Source: Fidelibacterota bacterium (lineage in GTDB: Bacteria; Fidelibacterota; Marinisomatia; Marinisomatales; UBA1611). Taken from it: DNA of 64,000 bases. Positions 1 through 9,523 of the stretch are shown here, piece after piece. The DNA lies in the NCBI GenBank assembly GCA_002708715.1, contig PAPB01000028.1, forward strand, positions 8,611 to 72,610, given 5' to 3'. A program made the translations under genes and the position numbers. The number at the start of each line of letters is the position of its first letter. The first letter of the stretch is position 1. The notes under the pieces were generated by a model. It worked only from the letters and a program-made list of their open reading frames with translations, searched no databases and was not told the DNA's origin.

Positions 1-218
1 TGACCTAAAAACTCATTAAAATTTGTATGGAGTGTGATTTTTCTACCAAGATCATGAATATCTATAAACTTTTGTGCTTGAATATTTTCTGTATCTTCAA
101 TATTCACAACCGAAGGAAATCCATCTTGTTCCTTTGCTACTTGTGGCGGTGTGCAACCTATAAAATAAAAAATTATTATACAGGTTATAAAAACAAATTT
201 GCGTATAAAAAAGGTCAT
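1..218 (-). CDS. Lipoprotein, 5' part only (runs off window start); not in ORF track
   Basis: ATG at 218 overlaps the upstream TGA (ATGA); SD TAAGGAG just upstream; translates MTFFIRKFVFITCIIIFYFIGC-TPPQVAKEQDGFP.. with a lipobox and stays open to position 1. Confidence 0.75.
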   Translation of the reverse strand, partial: MTFFIRKFVFITCIIIFYFIGCTPPQVAKEQDGFPSVVNIEDTENIQAQKFIDIHDLGRKITLHTNFNEFLG

Positions 219-2824
219 AGAGACTCCTTAATATTAAAATCTATTATATTTTTATAAGGGATTGAATACTTTTCTTTCATCTTTGTTGTGTAATTTTCAC
301 TAAAATCATTGTAAATCTTAAAAGACATAGCCTCTTTCTTATTCATCTTATTGGCAAAGACTACATAACGCATACCAAAATCATCAAATTCATTCCAATA
401 AAGCATTTGGTTTCCAATCCATTCTAATTTGTCCCAATTTTTGTTCAGAATAAGTACTTCCCCATATTCTTTAGCATAACGATTAATCTTATTGTAAAGC
501 TCTAAACGAAAAGATTTAACCCAATTTAAATTCATATTCGGCAGTAAACCATCTTTTCCATATATCATTATAGGGTCATCTAATGATTTACTTTCTATTG
601 TAAATGGACGTTCTAATATTTTAATCATATTCCTAAAATCTATAAAAAGTTCTTTGTCATTGATAAATTTAATTTTTTCATTATCACTTATTAATAAATA
701 TTCATATGGTGCTATAATTTTACGAATACGACTTATTGCAACAGCCCTACTATTTCTAGCACTTTCTAAGTTTACATTTGGCCAAAATAAATCATGGATT
801 TTATTAATTGAGACTCCATTTATTCCATTTATTACAATATAAATAAATAATTCTCTGGCTTTAGCAGATTTCCATTCTTTAGAATCTAGTAGATTCCCAT
901 TTTTCCATATTTTAAAACCATTTAATAAAGATATTGTAATACCTTTATCTAGTATATATTGAGAAATATCTATATGTTGCGTTTTCTTATTATTTATCAA
1001 ATCAATAGGATGTGGAGATTCTTCCACATAATTTTGATTTTTATTAAAGAAAAATCCACAAACAGCTAACAATATTATTGCGATGATAATAAATCGAGCA
1101 TAATTCTTTTCGTAATTAGTTAATCTAATTATGGGGAGATGTATGGTGTAAAATTCTAAATAATCTTTATCTTCTTTTTTATTTAAAACGACTATTAATA
1201 ACTCATCTCTAAAGTCCAAACTTTCAAAGTGAACTATATTTACATTATTCATTTCATTTATATTTGAAGATAGCTGAACATCAAAATATTCAAAATTTCG
1301 CGATTCAAATGAAGAAACAGCCATTTTAGTGGTATTATTAACATAAAGATTTAGATTCTCATTATCCCTGTTATCACTTAAAATTTTAAAAATAGTTTTA
1401 TGTTTAGAAGACAGTGCAATTTTTTGAAAATTTGATTTATAATCTTCAACAATTTGAGTGCTATCTATCCATAGTTGATTAAACTCTAAATTATTAATAT
1501 CAATAAGCCATAAATCATTGAGTCTTCTAAATCCTTGCTGTTGCTTACCACTTTCATTGCCTTGACCACCATATAAGTAATAATTACCAGTTTCTTGATC
1601 AAATACTAAACTTGACTTACATCTAGGAAAAAAGTTTTCACCATTTTTAATTTTATATTTTGTTTTATCCCACTTAAAACTTTGATCATTATATTTTTGT
1701 AAAATGTTTTTTTGCTCATACCATCCATAGCCACCAAGTGAATATGTATCTCCATTTTGATAGTTGTGCAGAATATTACTTGTATAATACAGACCATCTG
1801 ATTCAAAATTATCCATAAAATTATCCCAAGAATTAGTTTTTTTATTGTAGGATGATATTCGGCTGCCTCCACCACCATGCATTGCAAACACTTTTTTTGT
1901 TATGGGATTATAATGATACAAATAATTATCATTGGGTAAATAGGAGAATGGAAATACTTCTGATATTTCTTTTTTATTTATATCATAATGATATAATGAA
2001 TCACCTAATAGGTAAATAACATAATTATTTTCAATATCATTACCTATAAATTTAAACTTATTTTTATAAATCCTTTGGGTGTGAATTTTATTCCAACGAG
2101 TGTGTAATTCCTTAATCCACGTCCCATTCGTAACACTTCCATCCCAAGAATTACCATTATCATAATTAGAATGTACAATTGCTCCGTTATTTTCATCTAA
2201 TGGCCATGAAATAGTTTCATTATTATCACGATTAAATATTATTTTTTTTATCGCCATTCGTGGAGGCTCAACAACAAACGAAGTTCCTCCAAAATGAAAT
2301 TGCATTTTATTAGGTATTGGTGTTTTTTCTTTATACCATATAATATTTTGATCATCAAATGAAAGACCAATTCTTTGATTTTCTATTTCAAAATATAAGA
2401 CTACTTTTTTCCATTTTCTCCAGCCTTGATCTTTATCCAATACTGGAATTGAAATAATTGAAGGCCGATCCTTATAAGTAAGTTCTATATAGCTTGTGTC
2501 TTTACTTTTATAATCTGAATATGATAAAACAAATACATGGGGGTCAGTATCATTACCAGCACTAACAATAAAGCCAAATGGATTTTTTTTCCATAAAAAT
2601 ATGTCAAATTCTAACCTAATATTATTTTTAAAAGAAATAACATTATCTGAAGGAATCTTTAATGACGTTACTTCCTTATATTCTTTTGAAACATCATATA
2701 TTGAATTAAATAATAATCCATCAATATGATCTGCATCAGCAAAGCAAATTATAAACAATAAAAAGTGTGAAATCTTAAAATAATAACTCAAAATATTAAA
2801 TACAATTAAAAAGTAAATTTGCAC
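215..2824 (-). CDS. Membrane-spanning one-component sensor/regulator: LamG-like and Kelch extracytoplasmic region, TM helix, SARP-like winged-helix C-terminus
   Basis: Hydrophobic N-terminus; WPLDENNG..VTNGTW; Kelch motifs YSLGGYGWY and YLYGGQGNESG..LNDLW; TM FIIIAIILLAVCGFFF; WKSAKARELFIYIV..LFWP..SARNSRAVAISRIRK; start codon uncertain. Confidence 0.7.
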   Translation of the reverse strand: MQIYFLIVFNILSYYFKISHFLLFIICFADADHIDGLLFNSIYDVSKEYKEVTSLKIPSDNVISFKNNIRLEFDIFLWKKNPFGFIVSAGNDTDPHVFVLSYSDYKSKDTSYIELTYKDRPSIISIPVLDKDQGWRKWKKVVLYFEIENQRIGLSFDDQNIIWYKEKTPIPNKMQFHFGGTSFVVEPPRMAIKKIIFNRDNNETISWPLDENNGAIVHSNYDNGNSWDGSVTNGTWIKELHTRWNKIHTQRIYKNKFKFIGNDIENNYVIYLLGDSLYHYDINKKEISEVFPFSYLPNDNYLYHYNPITKKVFAMHGGGGSRISSYNKKTNSWDNFMDNFESDGLYYTSNILHNYQNGDTYSLGGYGWYEQKNILQKYNDQSFKWDKTKYKIKNGENFFPRCKSSLVFDQETGNYYLYGGQGNESGKQQQGFRRLNDLWLIDINNLEFNQLWIDSTQIVEDYKSNFQKIALSSKHKTIFKILSDNRDNENLNLYVNNTTKMAVSSFESRNFEYFDVQLSSNINEMNNVNIVHFESLDFRDELLIVVLNKKEDKDYLEFYTIHLPIIRLTNYEKNYARFIIIAIILLAVCGFFFNKNQNYVEESPHPIDLINNKKTQHIDISQYILDKGITISLLNGFKIWKNGNLLDSKEWKSAKARELFIYIVINGINGVSINKIHDLFWPNVNLESARNSRAVAISRIRKIIAPYEYLLISDNEKIKFINDKELFIDFRNMIKILERPFTIESKSLDDPIMIYGKDGLLPNMNLNWVKSFRLELYNKINRYAKEYGEVLILNKNWDKLEWIGNQMLYWNEFDDFGMRYVVFANKMNKKEAMSFKIYNDFSENYTTKMKEKYSIPYKNIIDFNIKESL

Positions 2825-2854
2825 ATAATGAAAGAGAATGAAAAGAAATAGATA

Positions 2855-3286
2855 TTAATTATTAATTATCATTTGATATTCTAATCTTCCAGTAAATTTT
2901 TTTCCATCAAAAATTACCTTTTTGGGATTACCAATAACATTAAGTGAATCTAAACTAGTAAAGATAAAATCATTTAGAATAATAGCATTAAATACCGTAT
3001 CACCCAGATCATTAATCAAATATAAAAAATTTGAATCAGATGCTGCAATATTTACATCTTTAACAATAACCGTTGTAAGTAATAAATTCGCAGGATTCGT
3101 TGAAAATAACAAACCCCATTCTTTGTTATCTGTATAATTATCGCCTAGAATAGATAATGAGAAATAATCAGATTCATTAATAACTGCTGGAATGTTTTCA
3201 AGCAATCCATCGCTATACTCTGGCGGCTTTACGCAACCATGTATTAAAAACATCATTACAATACTTAATTGAACTAAATACTTCAT
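2855..3286 (-). CDS. Hypothetical lipoprotein
   Basis: Signal peptide with lipobox LIHGC; ATGA overlap with rmuC stop. Confidence 0.65.
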   Translation of the reverse strand: MKYLVQLSIVMMFLIHGCVKPPEYSDGLLENIPAVINESDYFSLSILGDNYTDNKEWGLLFSTNPANLLLTTVIVKDVNIAASDSNFLYLINDLGDTVFNAIILNDFIFTSLDSLNVIGNPKKVIFDGKKFTGRLEYQMIINN

Positions 3287-4377
3287 CTATCTATTTCCAT
3301 ATTCTCTTCTTTCTGACCTAATTGTAATTCTAAAATTTTTCCCATTGGCTTTTCTAATTGATTGCGTCTTGTAGAAATTAATTTATCGAAATGATTATTT
3401 AAAGTATCTAACGTACCTTGAAATTTTTTCATTTGTAATAAATATTCATTCCATTGCTGCTTAAATATCCCAACATGTTCTTGCATTTTCCCTGCTTTTT
3501 TCTCCATCGAAAAATTAGATATGGCCTGTCGTATCAATGATAACACAGCATACAATGTTATTGGCGAGCAAAGAATAATTTTTTGCTCAAGGGAAAAGTC
3601 AATTAAAGATACATCTTCTTGATTTAAAAATGAGTATATACTCTCATTTGGAATAAATAATAACACATAATCAACTGTTCCTCCACCTGGATCAATATAC
3701 GATCTTTTCGATACTTCTTTTATTCTATTTCTGACATCTTTTAAAAATGCTTTTTTCTCCGTTTCTTTTTCTTTATCAGTATCAGATGATAAATATTTTT
3801 CATAGTGATTTAATGGAAATTTAACATCCATGTTTAATGTTTTATCATCTGGCAAGAAAAATGTAAAATCAGGTCTATCTTTACCCGCCTGAGTTTGTTT
3901 GTCATAATTTATTCCTTCAGATAGTCCAATAAAATTTAGAATGTCCTCAACCATGCGCTCACCCCACTGTCCACGAGCCTGCGAACTAGATAAAATCTGA
4001 CGTAACTGACTCGTTGTATCTGATAGTTCTCCGACTCTCTTTCTAGATTCTTCCATCTGTGATTTTAGAGCTACAGTATTTTCAGACAAATTTTTCAAAT
4101 CACTGTTCATCTGTTTTAACGCTGAATCAATCAATTCTTTCTTTTTATCTAGGTTTTCATCATTTTTACCCAATACTGATGAAAATTTATCTTCCGCTAA
4201 TTCAATAAATTTTTTTTGATTTGTAAGAAGAGCTTCGTTAGATATATCATTAAAAGCTTGTTTTAAATATTGCTCTCCTTTTTTCATTGAGTCTAATTCG
4301 TTTTGACGTAGGATCCATATAATTGCACCACCAACAACAAAGCCTATAAAAAAAAAGATTATACCAGATATTTCCAA
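3283..4377 (-). CDS. rmuC: DNA recombination protein RmuC
   Basis: N-terminal TM, coiled coil, RGQWGE, RPDF..LPDDK..DVKFP, DYVLLFIPNES, SPITLYAVL. Confidence 0.92.
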   Translation of the reverse strand: MEISGIIFFFIGFVVGGAIIWILRQNELDSMKKGEQYLKQAFNDISNEALLTNQKKFIELAEDKFSSVLGKNDENLDKKKELIDSALKQMNSDLKNLSENTVALKSQMEESRKRVGELSDTTSQLRQILSSSQARGQWGERMVEDILNFIGLSEGINYDKQTQAGKDRPDFTFFLPDDKTLNMDVKFPLNHYEKYLSSDTDKEKETEKKAFLKDVRNRIKEVSKRSYIDPGGGTVDYVLLFIPNESIYSFLNQEDVSLIDFSLEQKIILCSPITLYAVLSLIRQAISNFSMEKKAGKMQEHVGIFKQQWNEYLLQMKKFQGTLDTLNNHFDKLISTRRNQLEKPMGKILELQLGQKEENMEIDR

Positions 4378-4384
4378 AAGCTTA

Positions 4385-5707
4385 TCACAAAGTTAATGCA
4401 AAAGAGTTAACAAGTATACCAGGACAAGTTGTTGCCCCCAAAGATCTCTTACCATAAGTACTGGTTTCAGGAATCACTGTTAATTTATCTTCAACTTCAA
4501 CCAATTGATCCCCAAAAAACCTATAAAAAGAATCATCAAACCTCATGGTCTCAATTGGTGCTACAATCTCACCTTGCTCTACCCAAAAACATGCGTAGCG
4601 TGTTAAACCAGTGATACGTCCACCTGGATTATCACTCCAATTTAAATAATGTATATTTGAAAGATACAGGCCCTTATCTAATTGTTTTAAAACATTATCA
4701 TGATTTAAACTTCCAGAAGCCATTTTAGGAGATCGCAGGTATTCACCAGATTCAGCGTAATTGGAATTCAAATTATATTCTTTAGCTGAACGAGAGCTAA
4801 CCAATGTATTTTCTAATTCACCCTTTTTAATCAATAATAGTGAATCTTGTGATACTTCTCCCTCAGAATTGAATTTAGGACAAAACCCTGGTGAAAAATC
4901 TTCTGCTATTGAAAATTTAGGAGACAAGCGAACATCTTCATGGCGCATACGTCCAAAACCACTACATCCCTGTCTAAGACTAGCCTCACTAATACCATTC
5001 CAAGAGAACATGCCCAAAAAATCAGCAACAGCTGCAGCTTCGAACCATGTTTTGTATTCACCTGTATCAATTTTAACAGGTTTACGCTCCATTATTGCTA
5101 ATTTATTTTTACTATTTTCTACATATTTTTCATATTCATTCTGATTCCAATTATTACCTGCATAGCAACCCTTAACCATCTGGTGTGATGGTGTAACGAG
5201 TGAATAATCTAGGCAATGTGATTCTGTTTCAAACCAATGTTTTTGTCCAAGACTATTGGCATTACCCCTAAACATTTTACCATTCACCCAAATACCTACA
5301 AAGTCCATTCCTTGCATAACAGGTATCAAAGCATCAACTGCATCTTTAAATGGCAATCCATTCACGGATTTAATTTCATGACTTGAACCAGAATTTTGCG
5401 GTAATACAAGAAACGGATCTTCTGGTATTTCTTTTGCTTCAAGCCTCATACGTGCTATTTCACTTTTTCCTCTTTCAAGATCGACTGACTGATTTCCAGA
5501 AACCGTAAATGCTCCATTGCAGGTTCTTCCATTAGCAATATATTTAAGTTCAATTGCTGCATCATCCACTAAACCTGTTTGACGAATAGATGCATTGTTA
5601 AATCGAATAAACTGACTATTTTCCCCATCAAAAGAGATGACAAGATGCTCATGGTCATCAATACAGGAGAAAAGAGCTTCACTTAAACTGTTAAATATCA
5701 TTTCCAT
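4385..5707 (-). CDS. TldE/PmbA-family subunit of the TldD/E metalloprotease
   Basis: SQFIRFNN, ITGLTRYACFWVEQGEIVAPIETMRFDDS; no HExxxH; start reassigned to ATG 5707 (TAATG overlap with tldD, SD GGAGG). Confidence 0.88.
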   Translation of the reverse strand: MEMIFNSLSEALFSCIDDHEHLVISFDGENSQFIRFNNASIRQTGLVDDAAIELKYIANGRTCNGAFTVSGNQSVDLERGKSEIARMRLEAKEIPEDPFLVLPQNSGSSHEIKSVNGLPFKDAVDALIPVMQGMDFVGIWVNGKMFRGNANSLGQKHWFETESHCLDYSLVTPSHQMVKGCYAGNNWNQNEYEKYVENSKNKLAIMERKPVKIDTGEYKTWFEAAAVADFLGMFSWNGISEASLRQGCSGFGRMRHEDVRLSPKFSIAEDFSPGFCPKFNSEGEVSQDSLLLIKKGELENTLVSSRSAKEYNLNSNYAESGEYLRSPKMASGSLNHDNVLKQLDKGLYLSNIHYLNWSDNPGGRITGLTRYACFWVEQGEIVAPIETMRFDDSFYRFFGDQLVEVEDKLTVIPETSTYGKRSLGATTCPGILVNSFALTL

Positions 5708-7149
5708 TATACACCTCCAAATACTTGGATATTTCCAAATAAGCATGCTGGAGAAGCATGCCCAACTCTAATAACCTGATTCGGCTCCCCTTTGCCACAA
5801 TTTGGCGTACCATATATACCAAATGTATCTGCATTACCAACGCCCTTTAAACTATTCCAAAATGGTATAGAGATTCCTCTATAATTAGGATTTTTAACTA
5901 CCTGAGTTAATCTACCATTCTCAATTAATCTTCCGTATTCACATCCAAACTGAAATTTATTTCTGTAGTCATCTATTGACCAGGATTTATTACTTTCCAT
6001 ATAGATACCATTTTCAACAGAACCTATTAAATCATCAAATGAAGACATACCTGGCTCCAAGTTAATATTTGCCATACGATCTATTGGAGCTCGGTTCCAT
6101 CCACTAGAGCGAAAATTAGCCACACCGTCTAATCCTGATCGGATCTGACTCTCTTGGCCTCCAAGGCCTCTTAAAAGCGTACCTTCTTTAATTAAATATT
6201 CTTTACTTGCTTTCAATCCTCCATCATCAAATGCATATGAAGCAAATTCTGACTCTAATGTGGGATCAAAGGTAATATTCATTAAATCAGATCCATATTT
6301 TAATTTTCCAAAATCATCTAATTTAACAAAACTCCATCCTGCATAATTTCTCTCATCTCCGAGAATTCGATCAACCTCCAACGCGTGCCCTATACTCTCA
6401 TGAATTTGTAACATCATTTGATCTGGTGCGATGACAACATCCATTTCACCAGAGGGACACTCAACTGCAGTAAGGAGCTCTAGTGCCTGTTCACCAATAC
6501 GATTAGCATTGGAAAGGATCTCATATTTATCAAAAAACTCAACGCCCATTTGGCGACACGTCCCTCTCATTCCACCAAACGTTCGTGTTTGCTGATTAGA
6601 GCCATCAGCAGCAGTAGCACTAAGGTCAAATTCTAGCATTAAAAACTCTTGATTGATATCACTCCCATTGGAACTAATAAACCGAGAACTAGTTTCTATA
6701 ATCTGACATAAAGAAGATGCACTGACAATTTTATCAGATACCTTAAGATTATTATAAGCACTCAGCAATAATTGATTCAAACTTCCAGCTGAAAGGGATT
6801 CTCTATCTTTAGAATATGGAGAATGGTATTCACCTTTAAAAGGTGGACGAGCTTTTAAATCAAAAGAAAAGACAGAATATTTTGAAGCCATTTTTGCTTG
6901 TCTATAGGCTCTTACGGCAGCATCTGCTATACCTTCATTAGTCATATTCGGTGTACCATAGTATCCAAACTGACCATCAACTAACACTTCGACCATCACA
7001 CCATGGGTGGCATATCTTCCATTAGCTACAGGAACACCATCTCTAATCATTCGAGGAGTGTGAGCTTCATATACCTCCCGCATCCCAACCCAATCTGCTG
7101 GAACATCTATTGCACCTAATAATTCTTGAAGATTAATATTTAATTTCAT
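5707..7149 (-). CDS. tldD: TldD-family metalloprotease
   Basis: QIHESIGHALEVDR Zn motif, PIDRMAN, CGKGEPNQ..VGHASP. Confidence 0.92.
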   Translation of the reverse strand: MKLNINLQELLGAIDVPADWVGMREVYEAHTPRMIRDGVPVANGRYATHGVMVEVLVDGQFGYYGTPNMTNEGIADAAVRAYRQAKMASKYSVFSFDLKARPPFKGEYHSPYSKDRESLSAGSLNQLLLSAYNNLKVSDKIVSASSLCQIIETSSRFISSNGSDINQEFLMLEFDLSATAADGSNQQTRTFGGMRGTCRQMGVEFFDKYEILSNANRIGEQALELLTAVECPSGEMDVVIAPDQMMLQIHESIGHALEVDRILGDERNYAGWSFVKLDDFGKLKYGSDLMNITFDPTLESEFASYAFDDGGLKASKEYLIKEGTLLRGLGGQESQIRSGLDGVANFRSSGWNRAPIDRMANINLEPGMSSFDDLIGSVENGIYMESNKSWSIDDYRNKFQFGCEYGRLIENGRLTQVVKNPNYRGISIPFWNSLKGVGNADTFGIYGTPNCGKGEPNQVIRVGHASPACLFGNIQVFGGV

Positions 7150-7335
7150 GATTTTTCTCTGTATTTAACCTAAAAATAAAACAATAAAACGATAACGGAA
7201 AATAAACCTAACCAATATGAAAAAAAATTATTTCTATTAATTCTCACATAATAAAAATCTTTACTAAAAAAGAATATAAAAATAAAATAATTATACCATA
7301 ATATGACTATTTGACGTATTAAAAATAAATATAAA

Positions 7336-7364
7336 ATTTTATATGCCAAATTTGCATATAAAAT
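7336..7364. promoter_or_regulatory. 11-bp inverted repeat (candidate operator) in the tldD/hsp20 divergent region
   Basis: ATTTTATATGC-caaattt-GCATATAAAAT, perfect arms. Confidence 0.45.
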
Positions 7365-7389
7365 AATCATAATTACATACAATTAAATA

Positions 7390-7404
7390 TGGCATTGATT
7401 TTGA
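7390..7404 (+). promoter_or_regulatory. Sigma54-like -24/-12 promoter of hsp20
   Basis: TGGCATTGATTTTGA = GG-N10-GA, near consensus TGGCAC-N5-TTGC; about 45 nt before the ATG; SD AAGGAG at 7436-7441. Confidence 0.5.
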
Positions 7405-7447
7405 GACATAAAATTGAAAATCAAATAAACAAATAAAGGAGTCAAAA

Positions 7448-7879
7448 ATGACGTTAGTAAAATGGAAACAAAACTCATACAATGAATTAGATTCAATGGT
7501 TAAAACAATATTTAACACCGATTGGAACTTCCCATCGCAAAACATACAAGAATGGGCACCACCAGTTGATATAAAAGAAACGGATAAGGTTTTTATAATA
7601 AAATCTGATATTACGGGACTTACAAAAAAAGATATAAAAATAAACATCAAAGATAGATTATTAACTATTTCAGGTGAACGGCAAGAAGATGTAAATAACA
7701 GTGATGATTATTACCACTATCGCGAAAGATCAACTGGGAAATTTCATAGATCTTTCAACCTTCCTGAATCAATAGATGAAGATAAAATTAAAGCAAACTT
7801 TAAAAATGGAGTATTGATAATTGAAATTGAAAAACATGAAGATATTCTTCCAAAAGAAAAAGAAATCAAAATAAACTAA
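7448..7879 (+). CDS. Hsp20/alpha-crystallin small heat-shock protein
   Basis: PPVDIKET, LTISGER, RERSTGKFHRSFNLP, ANFKNGVLII. Confidence 0.95.
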   Translation: MTLVKWKQNSYNELDSMVKTIFNTDWNFPSQNIQEWAPPVDIKETDKVFIIKSDITGLTKKDIKINIKDRLLTISGERQEDVNNSDDYYHYRERSTGKFHRSFNLPESIDEDKIKANFKNGVLIIEIEKHEDILPKEKEIKIN

Positions 7880-7886
7880 GAAAGTA

Positions 7887-7910
7887 AGGTGGGGGCTTAT
7901 GCCCCCACCT
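7887..7910. terminator. GC-rich hairpin between convergent genes, probable (bidirectional) terminator
   Basis: AGGTGGGGGC-ttat-GCCCCCACCT, perfect 10-bp stem just after the hsp20 stop; U-tract weak. Confidence 0.75.
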
Positions 7911-7948
7911 CTTAAACTACAAAGATTTGAAAATAAATCTATAAATAC

Positions 7949-9436
7949 TTAAAAGCTATTTTTCTTAATAGGTATTTTTAATTCTCTACAAGAATTTTTA
8001 AGCGCATTATAGTACTTACGAGGACCACTATAGAATACGCTGCAATTCAAATCAGAAAATTTTTTTCGAGACTCTGTAAGCTTATCACTCCAGTTGGGCA
8101 GACCAAAATTAGTAATATCCCAAAGATTATCAATTAGAGATACCTTTGTACTTTTATCAACCGCATTAGTTGCTATATACATAAGTTTCTCATTAAAAGA
8201 ATCTGGGGATTTATCCACAAAATATATATGATAATTAAACATATCAGAATCATCATTTATATCTTGTAGAAGTTTAGTAAACCATTCAAAATATACGTGA
8301 TCCTCAATAATCCAATGAAGGTCTATTCTTTTAAGTAAAATTTTATTGGAATCATTATTTAAACGTAAAGCAATATCCTGAAGTATTGGAGCTATGCGTG
8401 AGATTCCATGGCCAGCTCCTACTAAAACAGCATGCTCAGTATCTATTATTGATTCACTCGATTCGCCATAGGGTCCATCTAGCCTAATCATCCAATCAAG
8501 AGCGGCGTCTTTTTCGATAACTCTAAGAGTCTTATCATACAGTTCTTTGGACCACCTATCATTTGATTTTACATGCAAAACCAAATGTCCCTCACTATTC
8601 CTTTGAATAATATTAAAAGGATACCACTCAGTCGAAGAAATCTCTTTACAATTTATATATACATAATCACCAGGTTTATAATGAAAATTATCTGATACTG
8701 ATACTGATAATTCTAGAACTTTTGAAGGAAGCAAACTAACAGATTCTAGTTTAACGTTCTTCCGATTCTTTTTTCTATTCATTAAAACATTATAAAAAAA
8801 AATAAATCTTGGAATTAAAAGCCACTTAAATACACTTATATCTTGAACTTGTATACTTTTTTTTGGTTTATTTTTTTTCGAACTAGATGTATTAGCTTTT
8901 AAAAGTGCATCTTCGTATCTATCAGGAATAAGCCAATTCACAGGGTTAACCGCAAAACCTTCAATAAAATCTGGATAATCATGTGCAACATTTAAAAACT
9001 CATCAAAATCTATTGTGTCGCTATGATCCAGATCAGCCCTTTTAAAAAAATCCTCGACAAGTAAATCTAGTTGAAACTCATCAAAGTCTAAGCTATTCTC
9101 AATAAAGCTTTGCTTAATCAATATTTTTAGCTCTTCCCTATCTATATAGCCACTATTATCAAGATCATGAAGTTCAAAAGCAAAACGAATTTTTTCTTTT
9201 TCATCTCCATAGATTACAGATTCAATAGTGCCCATAAACTCATTATAATCAATAGATCCACTGCCATCTTTATCAAAAATATCAAACAATCTATCAGAGA
9301 TATCCTTGTTGGACAATTCAAGACCATTTTGAAACTCTTCTCGATCTATTAACTGATCATCCCCAGCTATTTCACGAAACTTATTTTTCAAGTCAATTAA
9401 AAATGGTCCTGCAAGTTTTTTTGATTTATTTATCAC
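7949..9436 (-). CDS. NOX5-like protein: four EF-hands plus FAD/NAD(P)H dehydrogenase domain, without the heme transmembrane domain
   Basis: EF loops AGDDQLIDREEF, DKDGSGSIDYNEF, DLDNSGYIDREEL, DLDHSDTIDFDEF; LLPSKV..FHYKPGDYVYIN..EWYPF; LDGPYG; VLVGAGHGI; VFYSGP; ends KNSF. Confidence 0.85.
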   Translation of the reverse strand: MINKSKKLAGPFLIDLKNKFREIAGDDQLIDREEFQNGLELSNKDISDRLFDIFDKDGSGSIDYNEFMGTIESVIYGDEKEKIRFAFELHDLDNSGYIDREELKILIKQSFIENSLDFDEFQLDLLVEDFFKRADLDHSDTIDFDEFLNVAHDYPDFIEGFAVNPVNWLIPDRYEDALLKANTSSSKKNKPKKSIQVQDISVFKWLLIPRFIFFYNVLMNRKKNRKNVKLESVSLLPSKVLELSVSVSDNFHYKPGDYVYINCKEISSTEWYPFNIIQRNSEGHLVLHVKSNDRWSKELYDKTLRVIEKDAALDWMIRLDGPYGESSESIIDTEHAVLVGAGHGISRIAPILQDIALRLNNDSNKILLKRIDLHWIIEDHVYFEWFTKLLQDINDDSDMFNYHIYFVDKSPDSFNEKLMYIATNAVDKSTKVSLIDNLWDITNFGLPNWSDKLTESRKKFSDLNCSVFYSGPRKYYNALKNSCRELKIPIKKNSF

Positions 9437-9523
9437 AGATGTTTTCCATGTTAAGATTGATATACATCCCCTAATTTATCGAAAGCATTTTAATCTAAAA
9501 GAGAACTTTTTAAGGCTATTTAA

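Noticed and set aside
27-257. 76-aa plus-strand ORF
   Set aside because: Shadow of the minus-strand lipoprotein start (ATG 218), which has an SD, a lipobox and translational coupling
4348-4356. A9 homopolymer near the rmuC 5' end and similar A/T runs elsewhere
   Set aside because: Expected in an AT-rich genome; reading frames are intact
4385-7149. TldD/E as part of a RiPP cluster
   Set aside because: No precursor peptide or modifying enzymes adjacent
7170-7650. Minus-strand ORFs of 70 and 103 aa
   Set aside because: Low-complexity translations of an AT-rich promoter region and the antisense of hsp20; no SD or motif
8211-8219. DnaA-box match TTATCCACA (another near 16539)
   Set aside because: Isolated matches inside coding sequence; no cluster or origin context
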